NCBI GenBank assembly: GCA_036720575.1 | Contig: DAIMMR010000001.1 | Location: forward strand, 1-55,518 | Reading direction: 5' to 3' | From: Clostridium sp. | GTDB taxonomy: Bacteria > Bacillota > Clostridia > Clostridiales > Clostridiaceae | Length of the DNA: 55,518 nucleotides | Part shown: one piece after another, positions 38,550-47,411 of the stretch | Numbering within the stretch: the first letter of the stretch is position 1 | Layout of the letters: every line of letters begins with the position of its first letter | Position numbers and translations under genes: made by a program | Notes under the pieces: model-generated | The model's database searches: none | What the model was told of the DNA's origin: nothing | What the model saw: only the letters and a program-made list of their open reading frames with translations

Positions 38550-39857
38550 ATGGTAGAAAGTATAGACAGAGAAGAAAGATTGATAAAAAAGCAAAAATTG
38601 AAAGTTAATAAAAAGAAAGCAGTAAGGTCTCTTTGTATATTAGTTTTATTTATATATGTTTTGCACGTAATATGGGTACATTTTTTAGTTAATAGATATA
38701 ATAAGCTCATATATCCAGGAGTTAAAGTTGAAGGTGTAAAATTAAGCGGAAAAACACAAGAAGAAGCGGTAAATACTTTAAGGAATAAGTACATAAATGA
38801 GATATTGAAGAAAAATATAGTAATTAAAATTGACAATAACATGTATACAATAAATTATTCAAAGTTGAACATAAATTATAACATAGGAGATACAATAAAA
38901 AATGCCTTTGACTATGGAAAAAGTGGAGATATGTCTTACAAATACAAGATCATAAGAAGTGGCAAAGAAAAAAATTTTTCTCTAGAATACAGTTATAATA
39001 AAAAAGAAATTGAAAAAACTATATCAAAAATTGAAGGTGAATGTGATAAAAAACCAGTAAATGCAAGTATGACTAAAGACAAAAACGATAAATTTCAAAT
39101 TATTAAAGAAAAAATAGGATATGAGGTTGAAAAGGACAAGCTTTTTAAAGATATTGATAGGGAAATAGGTAATAGGGATATTAAGGACATTATAGTTGAT
39201 GCTAGAATAAAAAAAGTAGAGCCTGCTATAAAAAAATCAGATTTACAAAAAATAGATACGAAAATATCCAGCTTTGCTACGGATTTTTCTTCTTCTACAG
39301 CAAACAGAGTTAATAACATACAGGTAGCTTCTAAAACATTAAATGGAACTGTTGTTATGCCAAATGAAACTTTTAGCTTTAACAAAATAGTAGGAGAGAG
39401 AACGGCAGAAAGAGGATATGAAGCTGCACATGTTATTGTAGGTGATAAAGTGGAATCTGGCTTAGGAGGAGGAGTATGTCAGGTATCAAGTACTCTTCAT
39501 AATGCTGTAGTAAGAGCAGGTATAGTGCCTATAGAAAGAGATCACCACAATATGACTGTGAGTTATGTAGGTATTGGAATGGATGCTACTGTGAATTATG
39601 GAAACATAGATTATAAATTCAAAAATACATTGGGATATCCAATATATATAGAATGTACAACTGATGATAAGAAACTTACATTTAATATTTATTCCAATTC
39701 TAAGTTGACTAAAAAAACCTATAAGCTTGTAAATAGTGTGAAAACAGTAAATAGATCTGGCAAGGCGGTATGTGAGGCAAAAGCTTATAAAGTTACTTAT
39801 GAAGATGGAAAAGAAATTTCAAGAGATGAGATAAACAGTGATTGTTATGTAAAATAG
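38550..39857 (+). CDS. VanW family protein with N-terminal TM anchor and putative peptidoglycan-binding region
   Basis: 'NR.NNI', 'FSFNKIVGER', 'GGGVCQVSSTLHNA' and 'ERDHH' motifs. Confidence 0.9.
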   Translation: MVESIDREERLIKKQKLKVNKKKAVRSLCILVLFIYVLHVIWVHFLVNRYNKLIYPGVKVEGVKLSGKTQEEAVNTLRNKYINEILKKNIVIKIDNNMYTINYSKLNINYNIGDTIKNAFDYGKSGDMSYKYKIIRSGKEKNFSLEYSYNKKEIEKTISKIEGECDKKPVNASMTKDKNDKFQIIKEKIGYEVEKDKLFKDIDREIGNRDIKDIIVDARIKKVEPAIKKSDLQKIDTKISSFATDFSSSTANRVNNIQVASKTLNGTVVMPNETFSFNKIVGERTAERGYEAAHVIVGDKVESGLGGGVCQVSSTLHNAVVRAGIVPIERDHHNMTVSYVGIGMDATVNYGNIDYKFKNTLGYPIYIECTTDDKKLTFNIYSNSKLTKKTYKLVNSVKTVNRSGKAVCEAKAYKVTYEDGKEISRDEINSDCYVK

Positions 39858-39910
39858 TATACTTATGGATTCATTTATCTTTCCGGCGTTCGCAAAGGAG
39901 AGATTTTTTT

Positions 39911-40032
39911 ATGCTTATTTTAGAAGCTGTGAATTTGAAAAAATATTATGGAGATAGATTAATCATATCTACCATAGAGAAGTATTGGATAAAGAATACC
40001 AATGTATTGCGAAACAATTAAATAAGATGTAA
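39911..40032 (+). pseudogene. near-completely deleted ABC-F-like ATPase (first and last ~20 codons only)
   Basis: AAGGAG RBS plus 'MLILEAVNLKKYYGDRLII', a typical ABC ATPase start, joined out of frame to 'REVLDKEYQCIAKQLNKM*'. Confidence 0.55.
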
Positions 40033-40157
40033 AGTTGATGGGGAGGAAAACATATAAAGGATAAAGGAATATATTGATATAAGTCTTATGTTACTGTATT
40101 ATAATTTTGACAATATATGTAATATGTTACTTTTATTTTATATTAGTATTATAGGGG

Positions 40158-41774
40158 GTGGATATTATGAATTTTAATGCCTTATACAATCCTTTTAGTT
40201 CAGCAAGAAGCACGGCCTATGGGAGAAGAGGAATGGTGGCTACATCTCAACCTTTCGCAGCAGAAGCTGGATTTGAGATTCTAAAAAAGGGTGGTAATGC
40301 AGTAGATGCTGCTATTGCAACAGCTGCCTGCTTGACTGTATGTGAGCCAACATCAAATGGAATTGGTGGTGATGCTTTTGCTACAGTATGGTTTAATGGT
40401 AAATTGCATGGATTAAATTCAAGTGGACCATCGCCAAAGGGAATTTCTATACCTATTTTAAAAAAAGCAGGATATAAACAAATACCACAGTTTGGATGGG
40501 CACCTGTTAATATTCCAGGGATTCCTGCAGCATGGGCATCACTTTCAGAAAAATTTGGGAAACTGCCTTTTGAAAAGCTATTAGAACCTGCTATAAGGTA
40601 TGCAGAAGAAGGTTTCCCTGTAACTCCGACAGTAGGAAAATTTTGGGCAAGAGCGTATGAGCTATACAAAAGAAATTTAACTGATGAAAAATTTAAATAC
40701 TGGTTTGATACTTTTGCACCAGAGGGAAGGGCTCCAAGAATAGGGGAAATGTTTACCTTAAGGGATCATGCAAAAACATTAAAAATTATAGCTGAGACTA
40801 AAAGTGAAGCATTTTATAGAGGAGAACTGGCTGAAAAAATAGATGATTTTTCAAGGAAAACTGGTGGATATATAAGAAAAGAGGATTTAGAAAAATATCA
40901 TGCTGAATGGGTAAAACCTATAAGTATTAATTATAGAGGTTATGATGTATGTGAGATTCCTCCAAATGGACAGGGTATCACCGCACTCATAGCTCTTAAT
41001 ATATTAAAGGGTTTTGAATTCAATGAAAAAAATTCTGTAGATACTTATCATAAGCAAATGGAAGCAGTGAAATTGGCTTTTGAAGATACTTTAAGGTATG
41101 TAACAGATAGAAATAAAATGACAATTAAAATAGAGGACTTGCTGTCTGATGCTTATGCTGATGAAAAAAGGAAGAGGATAAAAGAAACTGCTTTTATGCC
41201 TGAATTTAGTAAAAACCCAAAAGGTGGAACTGTTTATCTTGCTACTGCTGATGGATATGGGAATATGGTATCATACATACAGAGTAATTATATGGACTTT
41301 GGTTCAGGACTAGTGGTGCCTGGGACAGGTATTGCTCTGCACAATAGGGGGAAAAATTTCTCTTTTGATCCGAATCATGCCAATGCACTGGAACCTGAGA
41401 AAAAGCCATATCATACAATAATTCCTGGATTTTTAATGAAAAATGGCAAAGCTGTAGGACCTTTTGGAATTATGGGAGCCTTTATGCAGCCTCAAGCTCA
41501 TGTACAGGTATTGATGAACTGCATTGATTTTAATTTAAATCCACAAGCAGCACTGGATGCTCCAAGATGGATGTGGAATGAAGAAAAAAATATTAGTATT
41601 GAGCATGCTTTTCCTCAGTATCTGGCAAAAGCTTTATATGATAAAGGGCACAAAATAAGTTATGCCCTTGATGAGACCGATTTTGGAAGAGGTCAGATAA
41701 TTTGGAGAGATGAAAATGGAGTTTTATCAGGAGGAACTGATTGGAGGACGGATGGAACCATATATGCATGGTAA
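40158..41774 (+). CDS. ggt: gamma-glutamyltransferase family protein (YwrD-like)
   Basis: 'GGNAVDAAIA', 'EPTSNGIGGD', cleavage site 'GGTVY', 'SYIQSNY..FGSG' and 'PYHTIIPG'. Confidence 0.93.
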   Translation: MDIMNFNALYNPFSSARSTAYGRRGMVATSQPFAAEAGFEILKKGGNAVDAAIATAACLTVCEPTSNGIGGDAFATVWFNGKLHGLNSSGPSPKGISIPILKKAGYKQIPQFGWAPVNIPGIPAAWASLSEKFGKLPFEKLLEPAIRYAEEGFPVTPTVGKFWARAYELYKRNLTDEKFKYWFDTFAPEGRAPRIGEMFTLRDHAKTLKIIAETKSEAFYRGELAEKIDDFSRKTGGYIRKEDLEKYHAEWVKPISINYRGYDVCEIPPNGQGITALIALNILKGFEFNEKNSVDTYHKQMEAVKLAFEDTLRYVTDRNKMTIKIEDLLSDAYADEKRKRIKETAFMPEFSKNPKGGTVYLATADGYGNMVSYIQSNYMDFGSGLVVPGTGIALHNRGKNFSFDPNHANALEPEKKPYHTIIPGFLMKNGKAVGPFGIMGAFMQPQAHVQVLMNCIDFNLNPQAALDAPRWMWNEEKNISIEHAFPQYLAKALYDKGHKISYALDETDFGRGQIIWRDENGVLSGGTDWRTDGTIYAW

Positions 41775-41881
41775 AGTTAGATTGATGAAATTGTAGGTTC
41801 TACAATTAGGAGACAATATTGATTAATTTAATAACTATATTTGTTTAAAGTCTGCACTATAATGCTGCAGACTATCTTTTT

Positions 41882-42778
41882 TTATGCCTGAAAACTTACT
41901 TCTAGCTTGTTTATGTATTTGGTGAAGGCAATGTGAAGATCTCCCAGGGCTCCTCCATATTGAATTAGAAGTCGATTTAAAATAATGACAACAATACTTT
42001 CGTTGACACGAAATGTGAATGGAGAAATGCCTAGTGTACAAGTCCAGCGGATTATCTCCCAATCAGGTTTCATGTCATAAAGATTTAATCGAATAATAGA
42101 TTTTTTGGAACACAGAAACTGAATGACCCAGGCAGCTGATATCATTTGCGAAATGACAGTAGCGATGGCTGCACCTGCAATTCCTAAATTAAGTACATAA
42201 ATAAAGATTGGGTCCAGAATGATATTTAGAACTGCACCAATGACTATAGTAATAGTTCCTTCTTTGGTAAAGCCTTGAGTATTTATAAATGGATTCAACC
42301 CCATTGCAATTTCAACAAATATGGTTCCAATCAGGTAAATACTGAGGAAACTGGTGGCATAAGGAAGGGTAGTCTTATTAGCACCGAAAGCCAGTAACAT
42401 AGGCTTTAGCATTAGTATACAACTTATGGTAATAATTAAGCTGATGAAAATAAGCATGAAAATGGCGTTATTAAGATAATGTTGTGCTTTTTTTATATTT
42501 CCTTCACCCATGGCAATAGAGGCAAGAGGTGCACCACCCATACCAGGAAGACAGCTAAATGCGGCAATTATCATGATAATTGGAAAAGTCAGGCCAATTC
42601 CACTCAGGGCCTGAGTTCCGATGCCTGGCATATGTCCAATGTACATACGATCTACTATGCTGTATAGTGCGTTTACGAGCTGAGCAATTGTGACTGGAAT
42701 AGTTAGCCGCACTAATAGCGGTAGAATTTTTGCATGTGCTAATTGCTCATTTATATTAGTATTTTTTGTTTGATTCAT
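41882..42778 (-). pseudogene. MATE efflux transporter (MepA-like), truncated or internally deleted
   Basis: 'LYSIVDRMYIG', 'LNIILDPIFI' and 'GIAGAAIAT' motifs are present, but only 298 aa versus ~450 typical, so most of the second half is missing. Confidence 0.75.
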
Positions 42779-43434
42779 GATATATTTCCCTCTCTGTCAT
42801 CGTTAACTGGGGTGGGAGCAATGGTTGGAAGCAAAAGATTTTCAATATCTGCTTTTAAAATACTTGCAGCCATTTCAATCTCTCCTTTTTCTAGATAATC
42901 AAGTAAGGCCATGTGTAAATCCATAGTAGCATAATGCTTTTTTTGCACGAAAAAGATAGTCTGAATATTTAGAGCATCTTGTAAGAGCTTATAGGCATAA
43001 TGGTTACCATAAATAGAAAACAATTTAAGATGAAATTCGCAGTTACTGTACCAGTGAGACATGAAATCATTTGGAGGACAGTTAACGTAGTTAACGCAGA
43101 TGTTTCTCAGTTCTTTTGTCCAGGATTTATCTATATATAGATAATAACTTTCTAAAAAAGAACATTCTAGAGCAGAACGAAATTTGATGATTTCTAGTAA
43201 CTGTTGTTCACTTGGCTGAATAATTTTATATCCTTGCCTTGGAATACTAGACAGAATGTGGGTTCCAGTCAGTTGAGTAAGTGCTTCTCGTATTGGAGCA
43301 CGACTGACATTATATTTTTCCATTAAAAATTTTTCGGTTAGGATAGTACCAGCAGGATATAATCCATTAATAATATCAGAAAACAAAGAATCATAAACTT
43401 GATTCTTTAATGTATCGAGTTTTTTTTTACCCAT
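42775..43434 (-). CDS. GntR family regulator (FCD type)
   Basis: 'LTEKFLMEKYNVSRAPIREAL' HTH; 'EFHLKL' and 'H..LL' FCD motifs. Confidence 0.9.
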   Translation of the reverse strand: MGKKKLDTLKNQVYDSLFSDIINGLYPAGTILTEKFLMEKYNVSRAPIREALTQLTGTHILSSIPRQGYKIIQPSEQQLLEIIKFRSALECSFLESYYLYIDKSWTKELRNICVNYVNCPPNDFMSHWYSNCEFHLKLFSIYGNHYAYKLLQDALNIQTIFFVQKKHYATMDLHMALLDYLEKGEIEMAASILKADIENLLLPTIAPTPVNDDREGNIS

Positions 43435-43708
43435 AAAGCTATCTCCTTATAAGTCATATTATTGTCAAATTATTATACATTTAAAAATAAGTTAAGTCAA
43501 TATGAAAAGAAGCGAATTCAATAAATAAAAGGTGAAATTGGTAAACGTAATCATATCACAAAAAAGCAAATAGTATTTAATTTTAAATTTAATTGTTGTA
43601 TTTGCAAATGCATATAGAATAAATTGACAAAAAATCAAATATATTCGATTACAATTAACAATAAGACAATAATATAAGATTTTTTGCACAAATGTGTCAA
43701 AAAAACTA

Positions 43709-43737
43709 TTGATTATTACAATATCATGTGATATGAT
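43709..43737 (+). promoter_or_regulatory. SigA promoter (extended -10) with overlapping palindrome, candidate GntR operator
   Basis: TTGATT-17-TATGAT with TGn; ATATCA-TG-TGATAT palindrome at 43721-43734. Confidence 0.6.
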
Positions 43738-43793
43738 TAGGATACAAACTAAAGTATGAAATTAGAACTATAAACTAATTATAGAATGAAAAA

Positions 43794-43878
43794 TAGCAAT
43801 TACTGCTACTGCATATATGCTAAGCAGTCTCTTAATCATATTAGAGTCAGCAAAGAAAAATTAATTTTGCAATTGCTA
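43794..43878 (+). ncRNA. candidate structured leader RNA (four-way junction)
   Basis: P1 TAGCAATT/AATTGCTA encloses P2 ACTGCT/AGCAGT, P3 CTCT(T)AAT/ATTAGAG and P4 GCAAA/TTTGC. Single copy, so no covariation evidence. Confidence 0.35.
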
Positions 43879-44115
43879 AGATTTTTCTGGGAAATAGTTA
43901 TAAATGTTGTGTTTATTCCAGAAATAAGGTGAAGTGAAAATGGCAATGAATACGTTTACTAACTTGTGGACCATTTAAATTAGCTATCAATAAATTGAAT
44001 AAGGCTATTATAGATATGATAAGCTGAAAGCTGAAAAAGTTAAAATGATGAATATTCATCAATAAATATTCATCAATAAATATTTAAAATTTAATTAAAA
44101 AAGGAGAGAGATAAC

Positions 44116-44622
44116 ATGATTGATAACAAAATTACTATTAAAGGTGACCAAATAGCAGATATTTATAGAGGTGCAATTGGACATCGTGCAACATGGACAG
44201 GCTTAACATACACTAAGGCAAGAGAAGCAGGAAAGGCAGAAGAAGCAGAAAAAATCATACGTGAAGCAATTGTAGAAACTGGTAAGATTCAAGGTGATGA
44301 AGTTAAATCTCAATGTAAGGATCCAGAAGATATTACATGTTTTGCAGATACTTTCTTTACTCCAAATGTTGTAAAGACTTTTGAAGTGGAATTTAAAAGC
44401 AAAACTGAAGATAGAATGGATATAGAATTCCATCACTGTCCACTACTAAAAGCATGGCAGGATTTAGGTTTTGATGATGCAACTTGCGAGAAATTATGTG
44501 ACATGGCTATGGATGGTGACAGAAACATTGCTAAGGCTATGGGGTATGAATTCCATTTAGGAGATACCATTGCTAATGGATGCAAGACTTGTCAGATATC
44601 TTTTTTCAAAAAAGGTAAATAA
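44116..44622 (+). CDS. L-2-amino-thiazoline-4-carboxylate hydrolase-like family protein
   Basis: 'HRATW', 'FHHCPLLKAW', 'LCDMAMDGD' and 'TIANGCKTC' motifs. Confidence 0.75.
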   Translation: MIDNKITIKGDQIADIYRGAIGHRATWTGLTYTKAREAGKAEEAEKIIREAIVETGKIQGDEVKSQCKDPEDITCFADTFFTPNVVKTFEVEFKSKTEDRMDIEFHHCPLLKAWQDLGFDDATCEKLCDMAMDGDRNIAKAMGYEFHLGDTIANGCKTCQISFFKKGK

Positions 44623-44662
44623 AGGTAAATGATTAAGTCTGGCAAAAAAGGAGTAGTTTTCA

Positions 44663-45928
44663 ATGGATAAGATTCAATATGATAATTATATTAAGATATT
44701 AAAAGGAGAACTGATTCCTGCTATGGGATGCACAGAGCCGATTGCCATTGCGTTTACAGCCGCAAAGGCAAGAGAGGTTCTTGGACAGATGCCAGAAAAG
44801 ATGATTGTTCGCTGCAGTGGTAATATTATTAAAAATGTAAAAGGTGTTATCGTACCTAATTCTGGTGGCCAAAAGGGTGTGGAAGTGGCAGCTATCTTAG
44901 GCGCTGTTGCAGGAAAGGCAGAACTTGAACTTCAGGTTATAAGCCAAGTAAAACAGGAAGAGATCGATAAGACAAGAATGTTATACAACCAGGGAATTTG
45001 CAGTTGTGAGTTAGAAGAAGGAGAAGAAAATCTTTTCATTCGTGCAGAATTGACAGCCGGACAGGAAGTGGCAGCTGTAGAAGTTAGAACTAAGCATAAC
45101 CACATTGCTAGAATTGAAAAAAATGGTCGAGTGTTATTTGAAGAGCCTAATATTGAAATTAAAGAGTCTGGAGATAAGTCAAAGCTCAATATTAAAGATA
45201 TACTTGAGTTTGCGAATGAAGTAAACTTGGATGATGTAAGAGAAATCATAAGTAAACAGATTGAGTATAATTCTACTATATCAAAAGAAGGGCTCACTGA
45301 TAAATGGGGTGCCCAGGTAGGAAAGACTCTTCTAAAAGTTGGCAGTAATGATGTTCGTACTAGGGCAAGAGCAGCAGCAGCAGCAGGTTCCGATGCAAGA
45401 ATGAATGGTTGTGCTCTTCCGGTAGTTATAAATTCGGGAAGTGGTAACCAGGGAATTACATGTACTATGCCAGTTGTTGTTTATGCTAAAGACATGAAAG
45501 CAGATGACGATACTCTTTACAGGGCTCTTGTTCTTACTAACCTTATAGCACTGCATCAGAAACGTTATATTGGAAATCTCTCTGCTTATTGTGGAGCCGT
45601 ATCAGCTGGAGCATCTGCAGCTTGTGGAATTGCCTATCTAAATGGTGCTGATTATGATGTTATTGGAAAAACTATAATTAATGCGTTAGGTAATGTTGGT
45701 GGTATTGTGTGTGATGGAGCCAAGGCTTCCTGTGCAGCAAAGATTTCTAGTGCAGTAGAAGCAGGCATTATGGGCTATGAAATGGCAAAACGTGACCTAG
45801 CTTTTCCGTTTGGAGAAGGACTTGTGGAAAAGGATTATGAAAAGACAATCCAGAACATCGGTCGTATGGGTCACCAAGGTATGAAATCCACCGATGTGGA
45901 AATACTTAATATTATGATAGGAAAGTAA
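44663..45928 (+). CDS. L-cysteine desulfidase family (UPF0597/YhaM-CyuA, serine dehydratase alpha-like)
   Basis: 'PAMGCTEP', 'NIIKN...V.VP', 'SDARM.G..LPV..NSGSGNQG', 'LSAYCG' and 'CDGAK.SCA.K' motifs. Confidence 0.88.
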   Translation: MDKIQYDNYIKILKGELIPAMGCTEPIAIAFTAAKAREVLGQMPEKMIVRCSGNIIKNVKGVIVPNSGGQKGVEVAAILGAVAGKAELELQVISQVKQEEIDKTRMLYNQGICSCELEEGEENLFIRAELTAGQEVAAVEVRTKHNHIARIEKNGRVLFEEPNIEIKESGDKSKLNIKDILEFANEVNLDDVREIISKQIEYNSTISKEGLTDKWGAQVGKTLLKVGSNDVRTRARAAAAAGSDARMNGCALPVVINSGSGNQGITCTMPVVVYAKDMKADDDTLYRALVLTNLIALHQKRYIGNLSAYCGAVSAGASAACGIAYLNGADYDVIGKTIINALGNVGGIVCDGAKASCAAKISSAVEAGIMGYEMAKRDLAFPFGEGLVEKDYEKTIQNIGRMGHQGMKSTDVEILNIMIGK

Positions 45929-45938
45929 TTTTCAAATC

Positions 45939-45965
45939 CTGACTACCGGCTTAGCCGGCAGTCAG
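45939..45965 (+). terminator. GC-rich hairpin (terminator or mRNA stabiliser)
   Basis: CTGACTACCGGC / GCCGGCAGTCAG; no clear T-tract. Confidence 0.5.
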
Positions 45966-46170
45966 ATAAGTAACTATATAAAAAATTAGATTTTAATAAA
46001 ACTTTTATCATCAATTTGAAAAGAATGAAATATAATATTTATTTTAACAAGCTCATTAAAAAAGTGATCAGTAAGGTAATATAGACATAATTATTTGAAT
46101 TTTCTAAATTATTAAAAAATGGCGTAAGAAATCTTTCACTAATCAACTTAAAACACAAGGAGCGATAAAA

Positions 46171-47259
46171 ATGGAAAACAAATCAATTAGTTTAAAAAGA
46201 GTAATACTTCTTGCGGGAGCATTGTGTGCATATTGGATTGGATCAGGATTCGCAACAGGACAAGAGGTTTTGCAATTTTTCGCAGCAAGTGGAACAAAGG
46301 GTATTATAGCAGCATTAATTTTCTTAGTTATAACGAGTGCCTTAACATACACTTTATATGGAATAGGACAAAAAAAGCAATTTGACAATCCGTATGATGT
46401 TTTTGAGTATTATTGTGGTAAAGCTATAGGTCAAGTTTATATATGGTATAGTGTTGTATTAGTGTATGGTATATTTGTAGTTATGCTAGCGGGTGCAGGT
46501 GCTACAATCAATCAATATTATGGAATACAAACATATATAGGTACTGGGGTTATAGCTCTTCTTGCATTAGGTACAGCAGTGCTAGGAGTAGAAAAGCTTA
46601 TCGACATAATAGGTGTTATAGGACCTGTTAAAATTGTATTTGTGGTAGTAATAGGTATTGCTGGGCTCGTTACTCTTTCTGGACAACCAGGTTTATTGTC
46701 AGAAGCTACCAGACTTATGCCAACGTTAGGATTTAAATCAGCTTCCTCTAATTGGGCATGGTCAGGAGCACTATATGCATTTCTTGCTCTTATGGTTAGT
46801 ATACCATTTCAGGTTGATTGTGGAAAATCTGCAGGAAGTGTAAAAGAAGCAAGAACTGCAGCTATTATTGCATCTGTTGCAATGACTTGTGCAATTATTA
46901 TGCTTTCAATAGCTGAACTTGTTTATTACAAATTGATTATAGGCAAGCAAGTTCCTACATTAGAAATTGCTAAGCATATATCTCCTATTTTAGGATTGAT
47001 TTTTTCAGTATTAATAGTAATAAGTATTTATTCAGCAGTAGCTTCATTTCTTTTAATGGTTGTTAGAAAGTTTGCTGTTGATAAAACTAAAAAATTCAAT
47101 ATTATTGCAACAGTACTAACTGTTATTGGTGCAGCGTTTGGAGGTATATTACCTTTTGATAAATTGGTAAATATTTTATATCCTTTAGCAGGATATTCAG
47201 CTATTGTTTTTGCATGCTTTATGATTTTTAAAGAATTAAGAGAAAATTTAAAGAATTAA
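46171..47259 (+). CDS. YkvI-like membrane protein (APC-like permease)
   Basis: 'IGSGFATGQEVLQFF', 'MLAGAGA' and 'FDKLVNILYP' motifs; ~10 TM segments. Confidence 0.85.
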   Translation: MENKSISLKRVILLAGALCAYWIGSGFATGQEVLQFFAASGTKGIIAALIFLVITSALTYTLYGIGQKKQFDNPYDVFEYYCGKAIGQVYIWYSVVLVYGIFVVMLAGAGATINQYYGIQTYIGTGVIALLALGTAVLGVEKLIDIIGVIGPVKIVFVVVIGIAGLVTLSGQPGLLSEATRLMPTLGFKSASSNWAWSGALYAFLALMVSIPFQVDCGKSAGSVKEARTAAIIASVAMTCAIIMLSIAELVYYKLIIGKQVPTLEIAKHISPILGLIFSVLIVISIYSAVASFLLMVVRKFAVDKTKKFNIIATVLTVIGAAFGGILPFDKLVNILYPLAGYSAIVFACFMIFKELRENLKN

Positions 47260-47279
47260 GAGAAAATAGAATAGAAAAA

Positions 47280-47323
47280 GGGACTATCTTAAAATGAATA
47301 TTGATACATTTTAAGACAGCCCC
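47280..47323. terminator. terminator
   Basis: GGGACTATCTTAAAATG / CATTTTAAGACAGCCCC. Confidence 0.6.
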
Positions 47324-47333
47324 TTAACGATAT

Positions 47334-47411
47334 ATCAAGTGATTCTTAGGTTCAGATGGAGTTTGCTTATAAGGATGACTTTCTCCAGCTGAAGCTTAGA
47401 ACTCTGTTTAT
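47334..47411. mobile_element. family A hybrid copy A6 (single hairpin with two different 'right' ends)
   Basis: ATCAAGTGATTCTTAGGTTCAGATGGAG...CTCCAGCTGAAGCTTAGAACTCTGTTTAT. Confidence 0.8.

Noticed and set aside
38550..39857. vanW as evidence of a vancomycin-resistance cluster
   Set aside because: No vanH/A/B/X/R/S genes; stand-alone VanW-domain proteins are common in clostridia.
43492..43689. 65-aa ORF in the gntR divergent promoter region
   Set aside because: AT-rich regulatory DNA; composition typical of spurious ORFs.
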